A program made the position numbers and the translations under genes. Shown here piece after piece: positions 31,474 to 40,563 of a stretch of DNA of 64,000 nucleotides. Where the stretch lies: contig JAYQBG010000003.1 in NCBI GenBank assembly GCA_038137215.1, forward strand, positions 77,792 through 141,791, written 5' to 3'. Position 1 is the stretch's first letter. Each line of letters begins with the position of its first letter. The stretch comes from Alphaproteobacteria bacterium. GTDB taxonomy: Bacteria; Pseudomonadota; Alphaproteobacteria; UBA6615. The notes under the pieces were generated by a model, which saw only the letters and a program-made list of their open reading frames with translations, made no database searches and had not been told where the DNA came from.

Positions 31474-31499
31474 TGATCCTTTCGGCACCGGCTGACGTA
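31474..31499 (+). promoter_or_regulatory. SigmaE (RpoE/ChrR, ECF11)-type promoter TGATCC-N16-CGTA
   Basis: TGATCC (31474-79), TTTCGGCACCGGCTGA (16 nt), CGTA (31496-99); 8 nt before ATG 31508. Confidence 0.7.
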
Positions 31500-31507
31500 C
31501 TGACAGC

Positions 31508-31960
31508 ATGACTGGTCAGGAATCCATAAAGTCAGTGCCATCTGCTGCGCTCTGGCTCGGCGGGCTTGGCGCCCTGCCGTTTGTCGCGCTGGCCGCAGTA
31601 CCTGTCTTCACAACAGATGCGCTTGCGCACCAGGCCGGGTTTGCGCTTGCCGCCTATGGCGCGGTGATCCTGTCTTTTCTGGGCGGTATCCAGTGGGGCC
31701 TGAACGTTGCACCGTACAAAACGCCGCGAAACCTGACCGGCGCACTGGGCCTGAGCATCGTGCCGTCATTGGCGGCTTGGGCCGCGCTGCTCCTGCCCGA
31801 CCCGACAAACCTGCTGGTGCTGGCCGCAACATTCGTGGCTGTTCTCCTTATTGATTTACGCGCCGTTAGCGCCGGACAGGCCCCGGCCTGGTATCCGAAA
31901 CTGCGCGTGCCTCTGACGACGGTGGTCGTCGCCGCCCTGCTTGCGGGGGCCTTGTCTTGA
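31508..31960 (+). CDS. DUF3429 family membrane protein
   Basis: [36 protein letters not shown]. Confidence 0.88.
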   Translation: MTGQESIKSVPSAALWLGGLGALPFVALAAVPVFTTDALAHQAGFALAAYGAVILSFLGGIQWGLNVAPYKTPRNLTGALGLSIVPSLAAWAALLLPDPTNLLVLAATFVAVLLIDLRAVSAGQAPAWYPKLRVPLTTVVVAALLAGALS

Positions 31961-32103
31961 CCCGTAAATCAGACCTGCCATCCAAGATCTGCGTCACCTG
32001 CGGACGTCCCTTCACCTGGCGAAAGAAATGGGCCGACTGCTGGGACGCGGTGCGTCACTGTTCCCAGCGCTGCCGCCGAAACCGGAACACCGGAAGGACC
32101 TGA
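31957..32103 (+). CDS. DUF2256 family small Cys-rich protein (48 aa, below the ORF-track cutoff)
   Basis: TTG start; [41 protein letters not shown]...; overlaps the DUF3429 stop and ends 1 nt before the next ATG. Confidence 0.9.
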   Translation: MTRKSDLPSKICVTCGRPFTWRKKWADCWDAVRHCSQRCRRNRNTGRT

Positions 32104-32104
32104 G

Positions 32105-32605
32105 ATGCCCCGACCGACAACACCCTTCACCCCCGGGCCCGGACAGGAATCCGTCTGGGACTATCCCCGCCCGCCCCGGCTGGAGAACGTCCGTGAACGC
32201 CTGCGTGTGGACTTCGCCGGGGAAACCGTCGCGGACACCATGAACGGTTTTCGCGTGCTGGAGACCAGCCACCCGCCCGTCTATTACATCCCGCGCGCGG
32301 ACATCCGCGATGACGCGCTGATCGAGATTGGCGGGCAATCCTTCTGCGAGTTCAAGGGCGTGGCACGGTACTGGAGCCTGTCCCTGGATGGTCAGACATC
32401 CGAACGCGCCGGGTGGAGCTATCCGACGCCCACGCCCGCCTTTGCCGCGATTCGCGATCACATCGCCTTCTACGCATCCAAAGTGGATGCCTGCTGGGTG
32501 GGCGATGAACAGGTCGCCGCCCAGGACGGCGATTTCTATGGCGGCTGGATCACCTCGAAGGTGGTCGGCCCCTTCAAGGGCGCGCCGGGCACCATGGGCT
32601 GGTAG
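32105..32605 (+). CDS. DUF427 family protein
   Basis: ESVWDYPRPP, LETSHPPVYYIP, FCEFKG, DFYGGWIT...GPFKGAPGTMGW. Confidence 0.9.
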   Translation: MPRPTTPFTPGPGQESVWDYPRPPRLENVRERLRVDFAGETVADTMNGFRVLETSHPPVYYIPRADIRDDALIEIGGQSFCEFKGVARYWSLSLDGQTSERAGWSYPTPTPAFAAIRDHIAFYASKVDACWVGDEQVAAQDGDFYGGWITSKVVGPFKGAPGTMGW

Positions 32606-32758
32606 CGCAGCAGCGGTTCAGATCGAACCGCGCATCTGCATCGGCAAGCCTCTGGTAGAGCGAACAAGGTCCCGCCCCTCTTCCATCCGGGAAAGTTTCA
32701 GCGGCACCGGACCCCGATGCTTTCATGCGGCATTTCCTCAACACCGGCAGAGGTTGCG

Positions 32759-34429
32759 GTGAACCTGTTCCTGATCGGGACGACCATCGGTGGTATCGGG
32801 CTATTTCTGCTCGGCATGCGCTTGATGACCGAAGGTCTCAAGGTCGCAGCCGGAGAAATGCTGCGCGAGTTCCTCGCGCGCTGGACGCGCACCCATCTGC
32901 GCGGGCTTGCATCCGGCATCCTGATCACCGGTATCGTGCAATCCTCCAGCGCGGTCACGGTTGCGGCGATCGGCTTCGTCAATGCCGGCGTTCTGATCCT
33001 GAGTCAGGCGATGTGGGTCGTGTTCGGCAGCAATATCGGCACGACCATTACCGGCTGGATCGTCGCCATTGTGGGCTTTGACATAAAGATCGAGCTTTTC
33101 GCGCTCCCCTTGCTGGGGATCGGAATGTTCACCACCCTCACCGATACATCGGGACGGCGCGGCGCCATCGGAGAGGCGCTGGCCGGTTTCGGACTGTTCT
33201 TTCTGGGAATCGCAACACTCAAATCTGCCTTCGCCGGGCTTGGCGAAGCGGTCGATCCGACCATGTATCTGGCGGACGGGCCGTTCGATATCGCCATTCT
33301 GGTCGTCATTGGCTTTATCCTGACATCACTGGTTCAGTCCTCGAGCGCGGTTATGGCAATCGCGCTGACCGCAACGGTGGGCGGCGTCCTGACGATCGAA
33401 TCCGGTGCGGCGCTGGTGATCGGCGCCAATATGGGCACAACGACAACCGCCCTGCTGGCCGTCCTTGGCGCAACGGCGAATGCGAAACGTGTCGCGGTCA
33501 GTCACGTGGCGTTTAACGTCCTGACCGGCGTGGTGGCGATTGTGCTGCTGCCCGTTCTTCTGCTGATCGTGAGTTTTCTCGAAACGACGCTCGCCGTTGC
33601 CACCGGCCCGGCGGTCACGCTGGCGCTGTTCCATTCCGTCTTCAATGTGCTGGGCGTTGTGCTGATGTGGCCATTGGCAAGCCGCCTGGAAACATGGCTT
33701 TCCGGACAATTTGTGAGTGAAGAGGAGAACGAAAGCCGGCCACGGCATCTCGACAAGAACAGCCTGGGCATGCCGCTGCTTGCGGTGAATGCCATTCTGC
33801 TGGAACTCAGACGCGTTGCCGATATCGCTCTCGCCATCTCCACCGCCGCGCTCGAAGACGAGGCGCCACGGCCCGAGCGGCTGGCGCGCCGCAGTGAAGT
33901 CGTTGCAAAGCTGGGTGGGGACATCACCCGCTATGTCCAGGATTTGGGTATGACACGAACGCCCGCCATCGCCGCCGGCGCGCTGGCGCATCCGATCCGG
34001 GCGATCTGGCATTTCTCCGAGCTCGCAGATCTGGGACCGGAGATCGCCCGCGCGCGGCAGCGGACCGCGCATCTGCCGCAACCGCATTTCGGAGAGGTCA
34101 ACGCCTGTATCGCGCTTCTGCGTGACCAATGCCGTGGCGCAGCCCAGGCCTTTGCCGACCCGACACTCACGCCACCGGATGACGAAAGCTTCGAGGCGTC
34201 CTACCAGAGCACGAAAACCGGGATTCTTCTGGCGGCATCCGAAGGAAGTCTTGCAGCCGATCAGGCCGAGCACGCGCTCGACGCGCTCGAGGACCTCAAG
34301 CTGGCCGCCCGGCATCTCGACCGCGCAAGCCGACGCTACGCGGCACTCGCCTCGGCAACACGCCTGGAGCCGGATGCCCTCACGGCAGGGCCCGATAAAC
34401 CCTCCTCGAATCTCGCAACGACCAGATAG
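32759..34429 (+). CDS. Na+/Pi cotransporter family protein
   Basis: Two QSSS motifs, GSNIGTT and GANMGTT; PhoU-like C-terminus. Confidence 0.9.
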   Translation: MNLFLIGTTIGGIGLFLLGMRLMTEGLKVAAGEMLREFLARWTRTHLRGLASGILITGIVQSSSAVTVAAIGFVNAGVLILSQAMWVVFGSNIGTTITGWIVAIVGFDIKIELFALPLLGIGMFTTLTDTSGRRGAIGEALAGFGLFFLGIATLKSAFAGLGEAVDPTMYLADGPFDIAILVVIGFILTSLVQSSSAVMAIALTATVGGVLTIESGAALVIGANMGTTTTALLAVLGATANAKRVAVSHVAFNVLTGVVAIVLLPVLLLIVSFLETTLAVATGPAVTLALFHSVFNVLGVVLMWPLASRLETWLSGQFVSEEENESRPRHLDKNSLGMPLLAVNAILLELRRVADIALAISTAALEDEAPRPERLARRSEVVAKLGGDITRYVQDLGMTRTPAIAAGALAHPIRAIWHFSELADLGPEIARARQRTAHLPQPHFGEVNACIALLRDQCRGAAQAFADPTLTPPDDESFEASYQSTKTGILLAASEGSLAADQAEHALDALEDLKLAARHLDRASRRYAALASATRLEPDALTAGPDKPSSNLATTR

Positions 34430-34559
34430 GCAAGAGAGTACCAAATACAGCCGGTGGCCGTTTTCCAGTTGAGGTTCGTTGATCTTCGGGTACTGCCAAG
34501 AACCAGATTGGCCGAGAAACGGCGTGAAACGCCCGTCACCGAGCCGCAACAAAGCACTG

Positions 34560-36485
34560 TCAGGCGCGTACGTTCGTCGCGTCCGCCGCCCGGCCAAGCA
34601 CCCCGAGAACGGTGGACACGATACCAGGCGCGGTCAGACCCGCCTGTTCGTACTGCACTTCAGGCTTTTCGTGGTCGATGAAGATATCCGGCAGGGTCAT
34701 GGGCCGGAATTTCAGACCGCCATCCAGCAGGCCCGCATTCGCCAGCTCGGTCATGACCTGGGTGGCAAACCCACCGATGGAACCTTCCTCGATCGTGATC
34801 AGAACCTCATGCTCGCGCGCGAGGCGGTGCACCAGATCTGTATCGAGGGGCTTGGCAAAGCGCACATCTGCGACGGTCGCGCTCAGGCCGTGGGCGGCGA
34901 GGTCTTCAGCGGCCCGCAGACATTCCTGCAACCGCGCGCCGTATGACAGCAGGGCCACCGTGGTGCCCTCGCGCAAGACGCGGCCCCGGCCGATCTCCAG
35001 CGGAACCCCGCGCTCGGGCATTTCGACCCCGACACCCTCGCCCCGCGGATAGCGGAAGGCCGATGGGCGGTCATCGATCTGTGCGGCCGTGGCCACCATA
35101 TGAACGAGCTCGGCCTCGTCAGCCGCGGCCATCAGAACAAAGCCCGGCAGGCAGCCGAGATAGGCCACATCGAAGGACCCGTGATGGGTTGCGCCATCGG
35201 CGCCAACCAGACCGGCACGGTCGATGGCAAAGCGCACCGGCAGGCTCTGGATCGCTACGTCGTGAACCACCTGGTCATAGCCGCGCTGCAGGAAGGTCGA
35301 GTAGATCGCGGTGAAGGGTTTGAATCCCTCCGCCGCCAGTCCGGCCGCAAAGGTCACACCGTGCTGTTCGGCGATCCCGACATCGAAGCAGCGGTCGGGA
35401 AACACATCTCCGAAGATATCCAGCCCGGTGCCCGAGGGCATGGCTGCGGTAATCGCGACGATTTTCTCGTCCTGTTCGGCTTCCCTGACGAGGCTCTGGG
35501 CGAAGACCTTGGTGTAACTCGGCGCGTTTGATTTCGCCTTCACCTGGGTGCCGGTGACCACATCGAATTTGGAGACCGCATGGTATTTCTCGTCCGAGCC
35601 CTTGTCGGATTCGAAGCCCTTGCCCTTCTGCGTCACCACGTGAACGAGGACCGGCGCGTTCTGTTTGCTGTCGCGGACGTTCTTCAGAACCGGCAGCAGA
35701 TGGTCGATGTTGTGACCGTCGATGGGGCCGATGTAATAGAAGCCCAGTTCCTCGAACAGGGTTCCGCCCGTCACGAAACCGCGCGCATGCTCCTCGGCGC
35801 GCCGCGCGGCCTCTTCGAAGCTTTTCGGGAACTTGTGCGCCATATCCTTGGCGATCTGTCGCAGGGAGCGATAGCTCTTCGACGAGATCAGCCGCGAGAG
35901 ATAGGCACTCATGGCGCCGACCGCCGGCGCAATGGACATGTCGTTATCGTTCAGGACCACAACCAGCTGGCTGTCCATCGACCCGGCATTGTTCATGGCT
36001 TCATAGGCCATCCCGGCGCTCATGGACCCGTCGCCGATGACGCAGACGACATTGTTGTCGTCGCCCGCCAGATCGCGCGCGACCGACATGCCCAGACCCG
36101 CCGATATGGAGGTCGAGCTGTGGGCCGCCCCGAAGGGGTCGTACTCGCTCTCGACACGGCGTGTGAAACCCGACAAGCCACCGCCCTGGCGCAGAGTCCG
36201 GATCCGGTCGCGGCGATTGGTCAGGATCTTGTGGGGATAGCACTGATGGCTGACATCCCAGATCAGACGGTCCCGCGGGGTCTCGAACACATGGTGCAGG
36301 GCGACCGTCAGTTCGACCACGCCCAGGCCCGCACCAAGATGGCCGCCGGTGATGGAGACGGCATCGATGGTCTCGCTGCGCAGTTCATCGGCGAGCTGCC
36401 TGAGCTGCTCGGCCGAGAAGTCACGCATATCCGCAGGCACGCGAACGGTGTCGAGAAGAGGTGTCTTGCTTTCGTTATCGCTCAA
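34560..36485 (-). CDS. dxs: 1-deoxy-D-xylulose-5-phosphate synthase
   Basis: [51 protein letters not shown]. Confidence 0.96.
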   Translation of the reverse strand: MSDNESKTPLLDTVRVPADMRDFSAEQLRQLADELRSETIDAVSITGGHLGAGLGVVELTVALHHVFETPRDRLIWDVSHQCYPHKILTNRRDRIRTLRQGGGLSGFTRRVESEYDPFGAAHSSTSISAGLGMSVARDLAGDDNNVVCVIGDGSMSAGMAYEAMNNAGSMDSQLVVVLNDNDMSIAPAVGAMSAYLSRLISSKSYRSLRQIAKDMAHKFPKSFEEAARRAEEHARGFVTGGTLFEELGFYYIGPIDGHNIDHLLPVLKNVRDSKQNAPVLVHVVTQKGKGFESDKGSDEKYHAVSKFDVVTGTQVKAKSNAPSYTKVFAQSLVREAEQDEKIVAITAAMPSGTGLDIFGDVFPDRCFDVGIAEQHGVTFAAGLAAEGFKPFTAIYSTFLQRGYDQVVHDVAIQSLPVRFAIDRAGLVGADGATHHGSFDVAYLGCLPGFVLMAAADEAELVHMVATAAQIDDRPSAFRYPRGEGVGVEMPERGVPLEIGRGRVLREGTTVALLSYGARLQECLRAAEDLAAHGLSATVADVRFAKPLDTDLVHRLAREHEVLITIEEGSIGGFATQVMTELANAGLLDGGLKFRPMTLPDIFIDHEKPEVQYEQAGLTAPGIVSTVLGVLGRAADATNVRA

Positions 36486-36530
36486 GATATCGCCCGCCGG
36501 GAAACTGTCCCACCCAGAATTTGAATACAA

Positions 36531-37472
36531 TCATACGCGGCGGTCGATCAACTGTGCCGCCGAAGATCGCAATAGATCAGCCTTTGGGCCAAATAAATCA
36601 AGGTTTTCGACAGCTTTTTGGGCGTGTTCCAGTGCCGCATCCCGCGCGCCCTCGAGTCCCAGCAGGGAGACCAGCGTGGCTTTGCCCCGCTCGCTGTCCT
36701 TGCCGACAGCCTTGCCAGCAACCTCGACGTCACCCGTTTCATCGAGAATGTCATCGGTGATCTGAAACGCCAGGCCGAATTCCGCACCGAAGGCGCGCAG
36801 GCTCTCACGCTCGTCCGCGCTTGCTCCGGCGACCACGGCGCCGGCTTCGCAAGACCATGCAAACAAGGCGCCGGTTTTCATGGATTCCAGGCGGTTCACC
36901 GCGTCTGGCCCCGGATCGGGCCGTGTTTCAGCCTCGAGATCCAGCATCTGTCCCCCGGCCATACCCCGCGGGCCGCCGGCCCGGGCAAGACCAAGCACCA
37001 GTTCCGAGCGGATATGCCCGTTCTCATGGGTCGCCGGGTCGGCAAGGACCTCAAAGGCCATGGTCAGAAGCGCGTCCCCGGCCAGGATCGCCGTCGCTTC
37101 ATCGAACTGCTTGTGGAGGGTGGGAAGCCCGCGGCGCAGATCGTCATCATCCATGGCGGGAAGATCGTCATGTACCAGGGAGTAGGTGTGCATCATCTCG
37201 ACTGCCGCCGCGACGCGCAGCGCAGCGTCCCGGTCGCCGCCGCAGACATCCGAACAGGTCACGACAAAAAACGGACGCAGCCGCTTGCCCCCGGCCAGTG
37301 CGGCATGGCGCATGGCCGTCCATAGCCGCGGCACATCCGCCTCACCATGACGCAGCAGGATTTCGAGAGACGCCTCGAACTCGGCCGCCACCCGCCCCAG
37401 TTCGGCGCCATAGGCTTGCGCAGACATGGCGTCGGGGGCCAGCGGGTCTGTTGTCACAGTTGACGGGGACAT
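36531..37472 (-). CDS. ispA: Farnesyl diphosphate synthase
   Basis: GGKRLRP, SLVHDDLPAMDDDDLRRG, KTGALF, FQITDDILD. Confidence 0.93.
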   Translation of the reverse strand: MSPSTVTTDPLAPDAMSAQAYGAELGRVAAEFEASLEILLRHGEADVPRLWTAMRHAALAGGKRLRPFFVVTCSDVCGGDRDAALRVAAAVEMMHTYSLVHDDLPAMDDDDLRRGLPTLHKQFDEATAILAGDALLTMAFEVLADPATHENGHIRSELVLGLARAGGPRGMAGGQMLDLEAETRPDPGPDAVNRLESMKTGALFAWSCEAGAVVAGASADERESLRAFGAEFGLAFQITDDILDETGDVEVAGKAVGKDSERGKATLVSLLGLEGARDAALEHAQKAVENLDLFGPKADLLRSSAAQLIDRRV

Positions 37473-37492
37473 AGATCGGGTTCGTACGCCTT

Positions 37493-37756
37493 CTATCCGG
37501 CCTCGGCAGATGAGGTCTGCGGATTACCATCCGCACCCAGAGAGATTTTCTCGACCCGGGCCTGGGCCTGGCGCAACTTGCTCTCGCAATGACGCTTCAG
37601 GGCCGCCCCCCGCTCATAAGCCGCGATCGCATCATCCAGCGCGCTGTCGCCGCCTTCCAGGTTGCGAACGATAACCTCGAGCTGCGCGAGCGCATCCTCG
37701 AATGAAAGTTTTGCGATATCGGAGGGAATTTCTACTTCGGTCGCGTCATCACCCAT
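37493..37756 (-). CDS. xseB: Exodeoxyribonuclease VII small subunit
   Basis: [17 protein letters not shown]...[11 protein letters not shown]; xseB-ispA-dxs synteny. Confidence 0.95.
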   Translation of the reverse strand: MGDDATEVEIPSDIAKLSFEDALAQLEVIVRNLEGGDSALDDAIAAYERGAALKRHCESKLRQAQARVEKISLGADGNPQTSSAEAG

Positions 37757-37848
37757 CGTTCAGTCCTTGCGAAAGTCGTCTCTGCCGCAGTATGACGCGC
37801 GTGCCGTCATGAGGGAACCCGCCGTCAAACTGGCTGGCGCGCCGCGGT

Positions 37849-38775
37849 TCAGTCCATCAGAGCCCGGACATGGGCCTCTGTCGATTCGCCGAGCGCCTGC
37901 AGGTCATAGCCACCTTCCAGGGTGGAAATAAGGCGTCCTGAGCTCTTTTTCCCGGCAATCTCGCGAAGCGCATCCGATGCCCAGACAAAATCCTCCGTAT
38001 CCAGTTCCAGTTGCGCCAGCGGATCGCGCCGGTGGGCATCAAAACCCGCGGAAATCATCACCAGGTCCGGTGCAAAGTCATCCATCGCCGGCAGGACCAC
38101 ATCGCGCATGGCGGCCCGGAAATCTTCCGAACCCGCGCCGGCCCAGAGCGGCGCATTCACGATATTGCCGTGCGCGCCGGTTTCCGAACGGTCACCCGTG
38201 CCCGGATAGAGCGGCCATTGATGGGTCGAGGCGTAGAACATATCCGGCTCGTTCCAGAACATCGCCTGGGTGCCGTTACCATGATGCACGTCGAAATCCA
38301 TGACCGCGATGCGCTCGGCGCCATGGGCCGCTCGCGCGTGTTCGGCACCGATGACGACATTGTTGAACAGGCAGAACCCCATCCCCTGTTCCGGCTCGGC
38401 ATGATGACCCGGGGGCCGGATGGCGCAGAATGCGTTATCGGCTTCATTGGTCATGACCGCATCGACCGCATCGATCATCGCGCCGGCCGCCCGCAGGGCC
38501 GCCTCACCCGATTTCGGGGACACGATCGTATCCGCATCAATCCGCGCATAGCCTGTTTCGGGGATCATCGCGAAGACCCGTTCCACATAGGATTCGGGAT
38601 GGGCGCGCACAATCTGTGATTTCTGCGCCTCGGACGGTGTGCGGCGGTCCAGCGCGTCGAATTCATCGGCCGCCAGAACATGCGAGATCGTACGCAGACG
38701 GTCCGGGGATTCCGGATGCTGGGGCGAAGGCTCGTGTTCGATACAGACCGGGTGAAAGTAGAAACGGGTGGTCAT
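37849..38775 (-). CDS. Histone deacetylase family protein
   Basis: HPESPDRL, RPPGHHA, GFCLFNN, DFDVHHGNGTQ, SAGFDAH, LEGGY. Confidence 0.93.
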   Translation of the reverse strand: MTTRFYFHPVCIEHEPSPQHPESPDRLRTISHVLAADEFDALDRRTPSEAQKSQIVRAHPESYVERVFAMIPETGYARIDADTIVSPKSGEAALRAAGAMIDAVDAVMTNEADNAFCAIRPPGHHAEPEQGMGFCLFNNVVIGAEHARAAHGAERIAVMDFDVHHGNGTQAMFWNEPDMFYASTHQWPLYPGTGDRSETGAHGNIVNAPLWAGAGSEDFRAAMRDVVLPAMDDFAPDLVMISAGFDAHRRDPLAQLELDTEDFVWASDALREIAGKKSSGRLISTLEGGYDLQALGESTEAHVRALMD

Positions 38776-39003
38776 GATGCCCTTCAGGTGGTCGCGGCTC
38801 TATCGAGCCAATATAGCGGCACCCCCCCGATCTACACAGACGTTTCCCCCTGCGACACTAAGGCCGTGTTATATGGCGAATTCGTGAGCCAACCAGAGCA
38901 GGATTCGGGCGTATGCTGATTGACAGGTATTTCATTTGGGCGTGTTCTCCCATCGTGACGAATTCGTTCTGACAATCCTCGTGAGTGAGGCAGGAGATAA
39001 GGC

Positions 39004-40557
39004 GTGCTGGGTTTTCAAGTGATTGGTCGTGTTGGTGTTTGCGTGGCGCTATGCGCAACCTTGAGTGTGTTTACGTTCACCCTTGCGGTGTCTTCCGCGG
39101 GAGCCCAATCGGTTGCATTGTCGGACCGGGCAAAGCCGCTCGACACAAACGGCAACGGAACACTCGAGAAAGACGAAGCACGCGGGCCCCTGGCGGCAAA
39201 TTTCGACACGATCGACAGCGACGAGAACGGGTCGCTCGACGGGGCCGAAATTCGGGCCTTCTTCACCGGTGCATCTGCGCCAACACCGCAGGCCGCTTCC
39301 GGTCCGCCGGCCGAACTTGCCCCGCAAGCCAAGGCGCTAGATGCAAACGGCAACGGGACGCTTGAGAAAGACGAGGCGCGCGGCCCCGTTGCGGCGAACT
39401 TCGAGACCATCGACACCGACAAGAACGGCTCTCTGGACGGCTCGGAACTGCGCGCCTTCTTCTCGGGCGGCGCGGGCCCCGGTGGCCGACCCACCGGCCC
39501 GCCGGCCAATGTGTTTCTCGATGCGGTCATCGAAGAGACGATCGGGCAGACCACGCCGGTGATCGGCCGATTTGTCGCCCGTGAGGCCGGACCGATCGCG
39601 GCACGCATCGGCGGCGCCGTCCTGGAGATGCACGTCGATGTGGGGGACCAGGTGGAACGCGGCAGCCTGCTGGCTGTTGTCGATCGCGAACGTCTGGAGC
39701 TCGAACGGGACCGTTACGCCTCCGCCGTGACCCAGCAGACAGCCCAGCTTTCAACATCACGCGCGGATCTTGCCAAGGCCCGGAACGACCTGAAGCGGCT
39801 GGAGGGCATCCGCCAGTCGGCCGCCTTCTCCCAGGCCCGCTATGAGGATGCCGTGCAGGAAGTGGTCCTGCAGTCCGGCCGGGTCGCGGTTACCCGTGCG
39901 CAACTGGCACAGGCCGAAAATCAGCTCAAACGCGCCGAACGTGACCTTTCCGACGCAAGCATCGAGGCGCCCTTCCCCGGCGTTGTCAGCGAAACCCACA
40001 CCGAAGTGGGCGCCTATCTGAATGTCGGTACGCCGGTCGCAACCATCATCAATGACACGGCTCTGGACATTGAAGCCGATGTTCCCGCAAACCGCCTGTC
40101 CGGGCTGACCGAGAATGCGGTGGTGGGTGTGCGCCTCGACAATGGCACCCGGACCACCGCCAAGCTCCGGGCCATCGTGCCGAGCGAGAACCCGCGCACC
40201 AGAACGCGTCCGGTCCGCTTCGTGCCCGACACTTCGAGTATCTCGACAGCACTGGCCGACAATCAGAGCGTCACGGTGCTGATCCCGGTAGGGGACGCAC
40301 GCACCGCCGTGACCGTGTCCAAGGATGCCATCATCGAACGCGCCGGGAGCATGACGGTCTTTGTCGCGCGCGACGGCACCGCCCAGCCAACGCCCGTCAC
40401 GGTCGGAGACGGAACCGGGAACCGCTTCGTCGTGCGCAGCGGCCTGAAGCCGGGCGACATGGTCGTTGTTCGCGGCAACGAGCAGCTCCGCCCCGGCCAA
40501 CGCCTGATCATTCTGAACCCGGAGAACGCGGCGCCGAATGGCCGCGAGCGGGGCTAG
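39004..40557 (+). CDS. RND efflux periplasmic adaptor with four N-terminal EF-hand motifs
   Basis: Signal-like N-terminus; loops DTNGNGTLEKDE, DSDENGSLDGAE, DANGNGTLEKDE, DTDKNGSLDGSE; MFP motifs VDVGDQV, IEAPFPGVV, GLKPGDMVVVRG. Confidence 0.9.
   Translation: MLGFQVIGRVGVCVALCATLSVFTFTLAVSSAGAQSVALSDRAKPLDTNGNGTLEKDEARGPLAANFDTIDSDENGSLDGAEIRAFFTGASAPTPQAASGPPAELAPQAKALDANGNGTLEKDEARGPVAANFETIDTDKNGSLDGSELRAFFSGGAGPGGRPTGPPANVFLDAVIEETIGQTTPVIGRFVAREAGPIAARIGGAVLEMHVDVGDQVERGSLLAVVDRERLELERDRYASAVTQQTAQLSTSRADLAKARNDLKRLEGIRQSAAFSQARYEDAVQEVVLQSGRVAVTRAQLAQAENQLKRAERDLSDASIEAPFPGVVSETHTEVGAYLNVGTPVATIINDTALDIEADVPANRLSGLTENAVVGVRLDNGTRTTAKLRAIVPSENPRTRTRPVRFVPDTSSISTALADNQSVTVLIPVGDARTAVTVSKDAIIERAGSMTVFVARDGTAQPTPVTVGDGTGNRFVVRSGLKPGDMVVVRGNEQLRPGQRLIILNPENAAPNGRERG
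39130..39468 (+). repeat. Intragenic duplication of an EF-hand pair (period 198 nt)
   Basis: AKPLDTNGNGTLEKDEARGPLAANFDTIDSDENGSLDGAEIRAFF vs AKALDANGNGTLEKDEARGPVAANFETIDTDKNGSLDGSELRAFF. Confidence 0.85.
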
Positions 40558-40563
40558 CGGGCC

